53,913 nt of DNA from Oopsacas minuta (GCA_024704765.1 JAKMXF010000085.1:27745-81657); one strand, 5' to 3'. Positions 26,790 through 39,069 are shown, counted from the first letter of the stretch. Notes: a model not told the origin generated them from the letters alone. Numbers and translations: made by a program.

Positions 26790-27410
26790 CAGGGGAATTC
26801 AATAAATACTAATAATACCATACTAAAACTATAAATACTTCTGTAAAGTTGGTGATTATTGCTATGAATGTTCAAAGTAGTCTCCTTTATACTCTACAAC
26901 TGAATTTAGCCTTTTAATCCAGTTTTCAAACGTCTTCCTATACTCATCCTTGGGTTTGACTTCAAGGCATCTGTAAATTGCCCGACCAAAGCTGAGCCGA
27001 TCCTCAAATTCGCGTCCGGAGACGTTATCTTTGAGTTTTCTTAACAACCAGAAGTCACATGGAGCTATATCAGGGGAGTAAGGTGGATGTGGAACTTCGT
27101 GCATACCTGTATCTTTAATTTTTTCCTAACAGCGAAAGATTTATGCTGTCTAGCATTATCGTGCAAAACTTTGAGACCACGAGTTCTAGTCTTTGGACGT
27201 CGTTTAAGATAATATTTTTCGACCTCAGGCAATACCATATCTGTGTAAAATTGTCCTGTGAGTGTCTGACCTTTGAGAACAGGGATTTGGGCAACAGGAC
27301 CTAAGTCATCGAAAAATGCAGTACAAGACCTTCGGGGCACGGAAGTCGGACACACAAACAGCTGGGGCTACCTCTCCCTTCTTTAGCCATACCCTGCCAT
27401 CTTGCTTTCT
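26790..27410 (-). mobile_element. mariner (DD34D) 3' half, running into the gap
   Basis: KVLYCIF, HDNARQH, HPPYSPDIAPCDFWL and KGDYFEHS*; TA then cagggg TIR. Confidence 0.9.
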
Positions 27411-28288
27411 NNNNNNNNNNNNNNNNNNNNNNNNNNNNNNNNNNNNNNNNNNNNNNNNNNNNNNNNNNNNNNNNNNNNNNNNNNNNNNNNNNNNNNNNNN
27501 NNNNNNNNNNNNNNNNNNNNNNNNNNNNNNNNNNNNNNNNNNNNNNNNNNNNNNNNNNNNNNNNNNNNNNNNNNNNNNNNNNNNNNNNNNNNNNNNNNNN
27601 NNNNNNNNNNNNNNNNNNNNNNNNNNNNNNNNNNNNNNNNNNNNNNNNNNNNNNNNNNNNNNNNNNNNNNNNNNNNNNNNNNNNNNNNNNNNNNNNNNNN
27701 NNNNNNNNNNNNNNNNNNNNNNNNNNNNNNNNNNNNNNNNNNNNNNNNNNNNNNNNNNNNNNNNNNNNNNNNNNNNNNNNNNNNNNNNNNNNNNNNNNNN
27801 NNNNNNNNNNNNNNNNNNNNNNNNNNNNNNNNNNNNNNNNNNNNNNNNNNNNNNNNNNNNNNNNNNNNNNNNNNNNNNNNNNNNNNNNNNNNNNNNNNNN
27901 NNNNNNNNNNNNNNNNNNNNNNNNNNNNNNNNNNNNNNNNNNNNNNNNNNNNNNNNNNNNNNNNNNNNNNNNNNNNNNNNNNNNNNNNNNNNNNNNNNNN
28001 NNNNNNNNNNNNNNNNNNNNNNNNNNNNNNNNNNNNNNNNNNNNNNNNNNNNNNNNNNNNNNNNNNNNNNNNNNNNNNNNNNNNNNNNNNNNNNNNNNNN
28101 NNNNNNNNNNNNNNNNNNNNNNNNNNNNNNNNNNNNNNNNNNNNNNNNNNNNNNNNNNNNNNNNNNNNNNNNNNNNNNNNNNNNNNNNNNNNNNNNNNNN
28201 NNNNNNNNNNNNNNNNNNNNNNNNNNNNNNNNNNNNNNNNNNNNNNNNNNNNNNNNNNNNNNNNNNNNNNNNNNNNNNNNNNNNNNNN
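27411..28288. other. Assembly gap (N run)
   Basis: Run of N; ORFs spanning it are artefacts. Confidence 0.99.
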
Positions 28289-28708
28289 ATAGTGATCCTG
28301 TCCTCAATATGTATAGAAAATTTACAAAAGCAAGCAAGAAAACCCACTCTTCTGAACCTCCAGACCAAGAAATTCTTTTCTCACAATTAACTTGCTAATA
28401 AATAATGATTGAAACAGATGGAAGCACAGGATACAATTTAAATGTGTGTATGTTAAATGTGTGTCTATGATCCAAAATAAGCTTTCTATCGCCTCTAGCA
28501 ACTGAATTTTAAGCTCAAAAACTATAATTTATGATAATATGAAAGGTGTCAATGACGTCATAACTTTTTAATGAGATGACCTAGATTTTTTTTTTATGCA
28601 GAAATCGTTTTCTCAGGGGTAATTTCCTATTGGCTAATAATGCATTATATATCTCTATCTTGCATGGTTTTCCTATTTCCATTTAACCCCCCAAAAATGT
28701 CCACTGTG
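28289..28708 (+). mobile_element. RAG1-like/Transib element no. 3: transposase C-terminus and 3' TIR
   Basis: SDPVL...DQEILFSQLTC* matches SDPVL...DQDILFNSLIFG* of the 48 kb protein; the end reads CACAGTG on minus (28702-28708), flanked by CAATG. Confidence 0.75.
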
Positions 28709-28783
28709 CAATGACTGGAGACACTTCGATCGAATAAAATGTCATGGAAACTCTCTCTATCATCGCCGATGACTCTCGATCTA

Positions 28784-29888
28784 CATAGGCGGTCCCAGAA
28801 TTTGAAAAAAGGGGGGTCTATTTTACAAAGTTCCAGACGCAATTTCTGAGGATAAAAGATATATTATATTTGATATGAATATACTTGCATATTATAAATG
28901 TAAGTTTTTTATCGTATCTAGTCAAATAACACACAACTGGAAAACACTTTCCTTAGTTTGTTTTCTATGAATTTCAAGCAAATATAATGTAAGTTGATAC
29001 CCATACTATGATGCATATTCTTCAGCGCTAGCCCAGAGAGTCGCTCTTGTCCCATCGTGATACGAAGGTAGCTTTTTACCCGGCGAAGACATGAGAATGA
29101 GCACTCTGACTCACAACTTCGAATTGGAAGGGTGCATCCAATTTTTAGTAGGGTTAGAATGTTGGGAAAAATATCTTCATTTGCATGACTTAGACACTCG
29201 GACAAGTTTAGTGATAATTGATTGGGCTCCTTGGAACTCCAATAGCGCTGCAATTCCTTCATTTCAGATCTAAGTGAAGAACTAAATGGCAGGTCTGGTT
29301 CCCAAAACATTAGTCCAATTACAACAGGCTCTAAGTCAACAGTACCTAATGTAGTGGCACCGGGGAGTAATGCAAGGATCTCTATGCCTTTCTTTCCTCA
29401 GGATTGAATCGACTGTTAGATTCAGCTAATGAATAGTCAGCAAACGGTATTGCCAAATTTCGCAGGTAACACTCCCTTGGACATGTACTTGGAGCATTAG
29501 CTCTGTATCTTTGTCGAGAAGATCTAGGTCCAGCTCCTCTAGGAGATTTCATATTAGCCCCACCTTCGAGGTAAAGTGGATAAGTTCTTCATACCAGTTG
29601 TTGTACTCATCTTCAATATCATACCTTAAGGCAGTGTGATTGGATCTTTGGTCCGGTCGATCATCTCACATGCCTGATAGATATCCAGGTCCCTTTTCTG
29701 CAGCTTGGAATCAATGGACCTGATGATCTCTAATGTATTCTTTGCAATAATGAACCCGATGATAGTTGCTGATGAATCCAGATTGGACAAAAGCCCCTGT
29801 GCCTTAGATCTTGTATCCTGATCCCAATGACCACTCTAAGTATCCTCGTAAATTTAATGATAGCTAGATGGATCCAGCATTACGTCTA
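28784..29888 (-). mobile_element. hAT (PRKRIR-like) 3' half
   Basis: DVMLDP...WDQDTRSKAQGLL continues ...ESLCECL from 24213; CESECSFSCLRRVKSYLR; TIR cataggcggtccca. Confidence 0.85.
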
Positions 29889-30032
29889 CAGTGTGTATCA
29901 TGATTATTGTCGGGTTCTAGGAAATATCTCAAAACACAAAAAAGTGGATCGTTTAAGCTAATTATTTATTTATGTAATCTCCATCGCATTCTATAACTGA
30001 TCTAATCCTATTAGGCATACTTGCTACTGAAT
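29875..30032. repeat. 158-bp exact duplicate of 22566-22723 (contig-end overlap)
   Basis: Identical by visual alignment; both copies abut an N. Confidence 0.95.
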
Positions 30033-30033
30033 N

Positions 30034-30183
30034 TAAAGGCAAAAGGCGGTTATATCGAATAGAATTGGATAGGAAGATTTATTATAATATGCTTTAACTG
30101 TCAGTGAAAATTTGGATTGAAAGGATAACGAGTTTAGGAAAAACCATAGTATATTCGTGTATCAGAACTTAATTGTCACCCTG
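30034..30183 (+). mobile_element. 3' end of a Tc1/mariner-type element
   Basis: KAKGGYIE* followed by cagaacttaattgtcaccctg + TA. Confidence 0.65.
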
Positions 30184-30777
30184 TAGTTGTGTTATATCTG
30201 CACGTATATCACGTGTATATTCTGATTAATTGTGCAGTTAGAGTCTGTGAGTGTTCGGGAAACGCTATTGATTAGCAGTAGACCATACATTCCTGACTCT
30301 CACTCGGCAATCTCTGTTCATAATATGTATATTATCAATTCTCAATTGAATTCTTTGTGTAACTTCATTTCAACATTTTCACACCCATTGTATTGTTTGC
30401 ACACATATATCGTACTGGTGTATCGTACTTATTTTGAGGCGCTGATACTACTATGGGATTATGAAGGTTTGAAAAATGTCCAAATTTGGTCAATATTCTG
30501 GGATGATGATACCGTCATGAATCCAACATGCGACAGGAGGGATAACAACGCTATCATTGGAATAGAACAAAGTAAGACAACTAGAAAAGAATGTTTCAAA
30601 TTGGAAATACTCAGGTTAGTATGGTGTACACCAGAGGCGTAGCTAAGTATGGCATCTGGGGCCAAAGCTGCAACTTACTGTGCTGCACCCTATATTCAAT
30701 GTATTTACATAGGTTTCTATAATAGTGCCCACAAGAATGTGTCGGATGCAGCATCCTAATTCCCTGGCATTTTCTAA

Positions 30778-30835
30778 TTGTTTCAGAATGTCAGTAAACA
30801 CCAGAGGCGTGGTGTTTACTGACATTCTGAAACAA
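30778..30835. repeat. Perfect 25-bp inverted repeat with 8-nt loop
   Basis: ttgtttcagaatgtcagtaaacacc - agaggcgt - ggtgtttactgacattctgaaacaa. Confidence 0.95.
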
Positions 30836-30941
30836 GGAAAATATAACAAAACTATTCATGTAATCTGCACGCTCACAATCTCAAGGATTTTCGAAAATTG
30901 ATCAGATGATATAAGCAAAGTTATGCTGTGATGGCTGTAAG

Positions 30942-31107
30942 CATAGGCATATTTGGGGGGGACAAGGGGGGGCAATAGCGCCCCACATATCTAAAATTCC
31001 CCCTCCAAATGTTTATGAAATGAGAAAAAAATTTAAGTTCTTGGGGTAACAGGAAACTTTTTCACCAATTTCGCTGCCCATAATAAAATTCCCTATGTAT
31101 GTCCATG
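30942..31107. mobile_element. hAT-type MITE (166 bp)
   Basis: Perfect 8-bp TSD gctgtaag; imperfect TIRs cataggcatat / catggacatac. Confidence 0.8.
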
Positions 31108-32015
31108 GCTGTAAGTATTCTAAAATTAGATCAAATTCAACTGGCCGCATAGTTATGCTGTGATGATAGCAATTAGTTCTAAAAATAGATTAGTCTTAGA
31201 ATCAAACATGATTGTATCGGCATAGATAGAGCAGCCAATTTCTCAGTTCTACCATCACTGACAAACTGAACATTGCTCGTATTCACCGTATAATATTTTT
31301 ACCGCATCATTCATTGATCAATACTATATGGCTACTAGAGATTTAGAACAGCCAACACATTCCAACTGGGTTCTGGAAAATGAGCAAACACTCAGGGAAG
31401 ATATGTCACTTCCAACTTACTCACACATACAGGATCCACACCAATAGAGTGACGAGATCCTAACCGATGATGAGGACGATGCTGATTTCAATGGCGTCCT
31501 ACTATCACCACTAGCAGTTACCAACCAGACTATATCTACCACTGACACACCCTTGACTAGCCCAGTTACTCAATTAGCCGATTGCTCGCTTCCAAAGTTA
31601 TAAATACAGTGTCCAGCAGCTACTGAAGAAGCTACACTAGTATACCACAACAGTTTATCTTCCTTCCTAAAAACCTTCTACTAAGTGTACTAAAGGAAAG
31701 CGATCGTCTAGTCCTCCGATATCTAGACAAGGAAACGGCTTGCTCTTCACTACAACCCATCTTCCGCACAGACGAAACCCTTCACACACATCACCTACAT
31801 CGGTGAAGCAAACACTGATTCTACCAGCCTAGCACAGCTTGCAAACCTTGATCTGCCTAAACTTGACACACGCAAAGAGTTACCTAACCTCTATCAATAG
31901 TACATCAAAAGACTAGCAAAAGCAGATTCTAATTGTTTCACTTTCTATTCTTTGCCCAGCAAATAATACTTCCTTTAGTAGTAGTCAAAATCTTTTGTCT
32001 AGCAATAATCAAATA

Positions 32016-34068
32016 CAGTGGAGCCTCGAGAACTAAGGCACCCGCGTAGTGGGACACCTCCTGAAATGGGGCAGTTAGCCCGAAATTTTGACATTTTGGT
32101 TCCGTTCCTAACATATTACCCTCGGGGAGTGGAGCGCTTTGTTTTGATAAGATTTTTTTGTTTGTATGCACTCTCTCTCTCTCTCTGTCTGTGATTGTGT
32201 GTGATTGTATGTGAGTATTTGTGTGTGTGTCATTATCATCTCAATTTAGAAACATGAATTGAATAATGCACGCATGCGACGTCTAACCTGTATTTTGCTT
32301 TTCTTAGTCTTTTCTATATATCCTGTATTTCTTCATCATCCAAACCACATCTTAACCTCGAACAACGTTCGAAGATCCTCAAGCTATCCGAGGAAGGCCC
32401 TGCTGAACTAGCGATAGCCAGAGAGATGGGAACTAGCAAAGGAACCGTCGGCAGGGTGAGCGGCAGCGGAAGGATGATATCGAAAAGCTCAGGAACGAAC
32501 AAGGCGAAATACCAGATCACCTCAAGAAAGGAAGATCGTACAGATCAACCCGCAGTATGAAGACATCGAGATACTGTGGTGAGTTTCATTGAGTTGCGAG
32601 GGAGAGGGGTATGTCAGTTACTGACCCCATGTTGATGGAGTTGGCAAGCGAGAAGCGACTAAGCGTGGCATCAACAACTTCATAGCTTCAGAAGGCTGAC
32701 ATGATAAGGTGAAGAAGAGATACGGGATTGTCGGAAAGAACTTGAGTGGAGAGGCAGCTGCTGTGGGCAAGAAATTGGCTAAGAACTGGATGGAGGAATT
32801 GCCTGATATGTTGAAAGAAAATGAGATGAAAGACGTTTTTAATTGCGAAGAGACCGGCCTAATCTTCAAACAAGCCACTAAGAAATCTCTGGTCAGGGCT
32901 GGGACAGTGATCACGGGAAGAAAGTTCAGAATGAACAGCTGACTGTGCTCATCTGCTGCTCATGGATGGGGGAGAAGGAAAAGCTTTTGATGATCGGAAA
33001 GGCAGTGAACTCGAGAGCTCTCAAAGGTGGCAATTTTGAAGAGTTGCCTGTAATTTACCGGTCACAAGAATCTGCATGGATGACTGGTCGCATATTCGAG
33101 GAGTGGCTTCGAGACTTGCAGGATGAGCGCTCAGGACCGAAATGTGCTGCTCACCATGGACAATGCAGGGGTACATAGTATGCGTGATATTCCGCTAAAG
33201 ACAGTTAAACTCATGTACTCCCCAAGAATACTACGTCGTGCGCTCAGCCATGTGACGCAGGGATAATTCAAGCTCTAAAACTGCAGTACAGAGAGCAGCT
33301 CCATAACCATATACTCGGCTGCCTATCTAGCGAGCAGACCGCGAATGACGACCCACACAAGGCCATGAACATTGTGTTGGTCATGGTGTGGGTTTTTCGG
33401 CCCTGGAAAAAGTTGAGAAACGTACAATTTCGCAGTGCTTCGCGAACAGCGGATTTGTAAGGTTGGTGTGGCGGCCGATCCCGCTCCAGCGATGAAGTTC
33501 GGGTATTGCGATGAGTTAGAACAGGAGGAACTAGACATGCTGGTCCGGGAGGAGGATGACAAGGTCTTATTCCCTCCTCAAGAGACTCCGGAGGCTCTAT
33601 TCGACATGGCTGTGCTTGACAACTCTACAGTTACGGACTCCGGAGGAGACAAAATGGATTTCAGCGATATCGGAGAAGTAGAAGAAACCGCCCCTGATGC
33701 CCCAAGGAACTCCGAGCTCTCGCTGCTATCAGCACACTGCAAATGTACGCCATGTTTCGTAGAGATGAAAACGCCATCGGTGATGCTATTGACCTGCAGT
33801 GGTATAGCCAACCCATCACAGACTGAATGGCCTCTGAACTTCGCCAGACGAGCACCAGTGAGTTCTTCAACGATTCTGAACAATGATATTAAATTGACTG
33901 GCGATGGACTGTGACTGAGAATGCATAATGTGAACTGTATATCTACCGCCTATGCGTTACGTTTGGAAATGTTGGTACATTTAAAAGACTCTCGCGAATT
34001 GGGGCACTCTCCCGAACTGGGGCACTTTTTCGGCTACTAGTTGTGCCCCAGTTCTCGAGGTTCCACTG
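32016..34068 (+). mobile_element. Full-length decayed pogo/Tigger element
   Basis: TIRs cagtgga[g/a]cctcgagaact, TA flanks; CENP-B-type HTH, FNCEETGL, LLTMDNAG and QPCDAGII; CT/GT microsatellite at about 32170-32230. Confidence 0.92.
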
Positions 34069-34332
34069 TAGAAACAAAATATTTGCAATCTTATTTGATA
34101 ATTACATAATGTTAGTTTCTGAGTTATAAAAGAATTCGTGACTTCACGATATGAGACTGACGTCATAATTGTGTGAGAAAATGCAATTTTCTTTCAAAAC
34201 TCCAATCTCTATTTAAGCCTACATGCGCATAATCAGTTCCGTAGATATTTTGTGTTCTTCAAACAGCCAATTCTGATAGATTTTTGACTAACTTAGCCAT
34301 CCCTAATCCAATTCCATAATCAGTGTACAATA

Positions 34333-34626
34333 CCGTACTTCTTCGATAATAGCCCCTTTTGAATTATCACCTCCCCTTATAATTGCCCCCAAAGTGAATA
34401 ATTATTTTCCCTTACCCCCTAGAACAACCGTTTAATGTAATGGTGAGTCATATCAATTACTGATTGCCTAGAATATTTTGATTCTCCACAATATATATTT
34501 TCTCAATAATTGAAAAATATTTTCGGGAAAATGCCTCGAAATAATAAGTTGCCTCTCTCGAATAATCGTCCACTTAAGCGGGGGTTGAAATTCTTAATCG
34601 CCCGGCTACAATTCGAATAAATACGG
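34333..34626. mobile_element. pogo/Tigger-like MITE
   Basis: Imperfect TIRs ccgtacttcttcga / tcgaataaatacgg; TA on the left. Confidence 0.6.
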
Positions 34627-34992
34627 TGTGTAAACTATTTGGCCTATAGATATTACTACACAAATACGAATCCACAAATAGACAGAATTGAATAAATTGT
34701 ATTTATGTGAACTTTACTTGTAATAATGTAATATATATTCGTCAAAGTTGCATACATAATCTGGAGTATAAGAACAGGTCTTGGGTGAATATTTTACTCA
34801 AATATTGGCTGAGGTAAGATGATGCATAATTTCAAATATTGGGTTTGAGTGTAATGTCGTTTCTACTATAGTTGAAATCTGGTATGCTAAAATTTGGGAT
34901 AAATCGAACAAGACGCAGTGTACTTGAAGTGGTCCAAATTTTTATAGATGATGTTTATAACTTGAAAATTTGTAGCATTACAAAGATTAATA

Positions 34993-35406
34993 CAGGGGCA
35001 TTCAACAAATACAAATCATACCATCTAAAACTATAGATACTTGTGTAAAGTTGGTAATTTTTGCTATGAATGTTCAAAGTAGTATCTTTTATACGCTACA
35101 ACTGAATTTAGCCTTTTAATCCAATTTTCGAATGTCTTCCTATACTCATCCTTGGGAATGACTTCAAGGCATCTGTAAATTGCCCGGCCAAAGCTGAGCC
35201 GATCCTCAAATTCGCGTCCGGAGACGTTATCTTTGAGTTTTCTTAACAAGCAGAAGTCACATGGAGCTATATCAGTGGAGTAAGGTGGATGTGGAACTTC
35301 GTGCATACCTGTATCTTTAATTTTTTCCTAACAGCGAAAGATTTATGCTGTCTAGCATTATCGTGCAAAACTTTGAGACCACGAGTTCTAGTCTTTGGAC
35401 GTCGTT
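34993..35406 (-). mobile_element. mariner 3' half, second copy of the 26790 family, truncated at N35407
   Basis: Very similar but not identical to 26790-27206; HPPYSTDIAPCDF. Confidence 0.9.
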
Positions 35407-35407
35407 N

Positions 35408-35740
35408 TAGCTCTTATCATAATTGAGAAGATTATATTCTGAACTAATAATAGGTGAAAACTTAGAGCTGTCATTCTAATGAGTATTTTTGGATAGAGAG
35501 AATTATATGCCTATGTGTAAACATAAAATAGAGATGATTAATGAATTCAATTATAGCCCTCCACTAAGCATGACATTTGATTACAAAGTAATAGGAATTT
35601 TACAATGAAAAAATGTGATTCCCAGGTTTCAGACTATGGTGAATTTAATGGTAACATTTTCGAATGCTTATCGGATGATGAAAAATTCACTCTAAAGCCT
35701 ATGGTGAAGCCTGTGACGCGGAAGCTTGGTGAATCCTGTG
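35408..35740 (-). mobile_element. Displaced 5' end of RAG1-like/Transib element no. 1
   Basis: 35408-35522 is identical to 53799-53913; ends ctgtg|acgcg (twice, at 35711-35720 and 35736-35745) against the hAT flank. Confidence 0.75.
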
Positions 35741-36900
35741 ACGCGGAAGCCTGGTGAATCCTGAGCTAGTTCCTCCCTCAGCTTCTCCAGTGTTGTTATT
35801 CTCTTGGGCTGGAATTTCAACAACTTTGAAACCTCAAAGGCAACATCCAGTGCATCTTTGGCATGCTTACACCTTTGATAACATCGCCAGCTGCAAGATT
35901 TAAAGCATGACCATGGTTATGTAGATTAAGAACACGTGGTCCCTCATTACTCCACTACTTTGCAACACCACCCCTAGGCCCACTCATATTGCTGGCACCA
36001 TCGTAGCACGGTCCTCTGAACTTATTTAGTCCTGAGTTCATTCGGACCCATCTTTGATGACCTTGACAATGATTGCAGCGCAAATGTCATCGATTGCATA
36101 CCAGTCAATTACAACTTAATGGACCTCCAAGGAGCTGTTTTCAATCCAGCAAAAGTAGATGATCAGCTGCTCCTTATTAGAAGCATCCGTGCACTCATAG
36201 CACATGATGGAATAGAGGTAGTCTCTTGGATGGAATACGATATCTCGCGGAGTACTGATAATACGATAGCTTTCAAGAGCTGGTTCTGGATATCGTCTCA
36301 AACGTACTTGTTGGTCTTCTTCTCGAGCCATTCAACAAGGCGAGGATTATCTCTCGCACGCGGATTCATAAAGTTGCGTGAAGTTCGAGTCCGTGTCATG
36401 GTCTCCACATAGCTGTAACACTTGCCTGGTTAAAAACTGGAGATTAGAAATAATCTTCAAAGGGCACTCCCAGTTGTCTTTCTTTTGCCGAGAATGCGAG
36501 GATGAAAGCATTTCCCCAACATCAGAGCAAGAACGAGGTATAATTATTGACACCTCAATAGCTTCCTTGTGACAATCTGATGACGTGTGCTTGTTGAAGG
36601 CGATCGTTTCGACCTTCCAGTACGAAAATCCCTTCGGCGTGAACGATGGGTCGGCTTTCTTGGCTGTCATTTTCTTCCTTTGAAGCGACGTCATCCACAG
36701 GTGGCAGAAACAATATCTTTCCCAATGTCATAGGTTAACCAAGGCCAAATTTTGAAATAATTTGATTGACAAGATTTCATCCTCTGATTGACTATCCGAA
36801 CGCTCTCTTCCTAAAGCTGAAGGAGGGGGGATGAATTGAATTTTCTGGCAATTCAGGAAGAAATGAATGTGGGGACAATGAAGAGAACGCCATTTTCCCT
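35741..36900 (-). mobile_element. hAT (ZMYM1/Tip100-like) 5' half; 3' half at 46315-47386
   Basis: TTF-finger region, CGDHD, YDGAS-like and GHALNL motifs, ending ELAQDSPGFR(V), which joins RVLCPT at 47386. Confidence 0.82.
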
Positions 36901-37632
36901 ACCATCACTTATTTTAGCTACTAAATAAATGGTAAGAGGTTGGTAGGAATGTCGAGTAAATAATTAGGATAGTGATATTTTAGCTACACATATCAAAGTT
37001 ACGAAAACTCCACTAGTAGTAGCTGCTAGTAGATAACTATAAATGATATAACCATACTATGTACAAATACCTAATTAGTAAATGTAGCTAACCACTAATT
37101 GGTCATTTCCAATTTAGTTGTACAAAATATCAACATGAAAATCCTCGCTTTCTAATCTCGATCCAAACAAGTGATAACTTCGCAAAATAATATTTTTGCC
37201 CAAATTATTGGTCAGGCCATGGGCCGACCGACCAAACGTTCTCAAGCGGGCCTGTATCATGTACGATATAAATTCAGCGATTATCGCCAATATAGATATC
37301 GGGTTCCATTTGTATGTTCTGAAAAGATTCGTACTCTCCAGCAGGAACTTTGCCGCAATTTGCTACTTTTCAGCTGATACAACAGGTCATAATGCCAAAC
37401 AAATGTGGCCCATAGCTTGGCTTAGGGGGAACACTGGGTACAACCAACCAACAATATCGAGTGTTCAATATGTTCGAGTAAACTATACAAACCACTTACA
37501 GTAGAGCTAATTTAACGCAACCACATACATACCTAGTGAATCCATACTTCCAAACCAAATTTCAGGATTATAAGTTCTATACTTGATATTTGTAGCCAAT
37601 TTTATAGTCTTCACTTTCAATATTTTAATATT

Positions 37633-38640
37633 ATGGACAATTTGAATAAGAGTGATTTTCGTGCCATCATTTTCTACAATTTCAAACGTGGATTAAATAT
37701 TACGGATTGCAGTTGTGAGATGTTTTCTATCATTGGGGATCAAAGTCCAACCCAATCCAACATCTACAAGTGGTATCGTCAATTTCGTTTAGGCCCCAAA
37801 TCCCTTGACGATGAGTCACATTCAGGCGTCCAATTACGGCGGTCACCGAGGAGAATATCGACAAAGTATCAAAGCTAGTAACTGAGGATAGGCAAACCAC
37901 TGTCAAACAGTTAGCTTTCGAGGTTTCGGTCTCATCGGGGACAATAGAAACCATCTTACACCAACACCTGGGCTAAAGAGGGTTTGTTCTAAGTTGGTCC
38001 CCCATTAGTTAAATTTTGAGTAAAGAAACCGTCGACTAGAATTTTGTCGTTTAATAATGCTAAAGTATTCCAAAAAGATTCGCGACGCAGGTCAGAAGTC
38101 ATAACTGGTGACGAGACATGGATCTATTATAACGACATTCAATCAAAGCAGCAGAGCTCAGAATGGATCTTTGAAGACGAGCAACCGGACACAATTCCTA
38201 AGCAAACCAGGGTGGTCGGTAAGCGGATGTTTGCTGTTTGCTTCTCTACAAGAGGGATAATAGAATATGTGATACACCCTGAAAAGCACACTGTTACTTC
38301 AACCTGGTACACTGAAAATTGTCTTCCGCAAGTGTTCCAAGCTGTCGAGAGGTTGCGTCTAGATACTGGTCTTCGTGGAATGAAATTCCACCATGACTAT
38401 GCTCCAGCTCACACTGCACGAAAGATTAAGGACTATATCAAACAATCGGGCTAGAATTGATCGATTATCCACCCTGTAGCCCAGATCTAGCCCCCTGTAA
38501 CTTCTGGTTGTTTCCTACTATAAAACGCCATCTAAAAGGTAGATGTTTTGTTTCAGAAACAGAGCTGAGCGCCGCATTTTAGGATTGTTAACTGGAGTAT
38601 GGTCTTTCAGCGATGAGTTCTGATAAACTGTACACCAATC
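37633..38640 (+). pseudogene. Decayed mariner transposase (DD34D)
   Basis: FRAIIFYNF HTH, ITGDETWIY, HHDYAPAH and SPDLAPCNFWLFP; TIRs not resolved. Confidence 0.88.
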
Positions 38641-39069
38641 TTGCCACAGTTTCCACATAACTACGATTACCCCTCATAAACGAACATTTGAAATAGTATT
38701 TTTATATCTATCTGTACTGTAAGCATACTTTTACTCGAACTTATTGAACACTCGGTATATCTGACAACTATAATGATCCTTGCCGTAGCTATTTGTGGGA
38801 TAGATAGTGGGAGCATTTCACATAAATTTATTTGCCAACTTGAGTGAAGAAAAAGTGGGATGGACTGTCGAATTAGTGTGACATCTGCGACGTAGCAATT
38901 TCCATTAGACTGAACTAAAAACTGATAATAAATCATTTCCTGTTCTAGATCCGAACTTGCCACGACTGTCAAACCTCTGCTGCTCTACCTCCTCAGCAAC
39001 AACGTGAGCTTCTCCTGAAAAAACCATGGTGTCATTGTGGAAATGGTCTTGTATGCAATATGTCTCGCA

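Noticed and set aside
27301-28398. Four long ORFs (296-360 aa) in the ORF track
   Set aside because: They are poly-X read-through of the N gap; only the flanking mariner and Transib peptides are real.
9994-28713. 9994 and 28708 CACAGTG ends as the two TIRs of one element
   Set aside because: Flanks differ (tacac versus caatg) and the TIRs diverge after the heptamer.
26220-28790. 8-bp TSD for the PRKRIR-like hAT
   Set aside because: Flanks tcgatcta and atctgatt do not match, so no TSD is claimed.
30232-30642. 136-aa ORF as a real gene
   Set aside because: TTG/GTG-type start, no recognisable domain, and its 3' end runs into the hAT-like footprint.
35695-35765. CRISPR-like short repeat array
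   Set aside because: Adjacent tandem units with no unique spacers, eukaryotic context and no cas genes.
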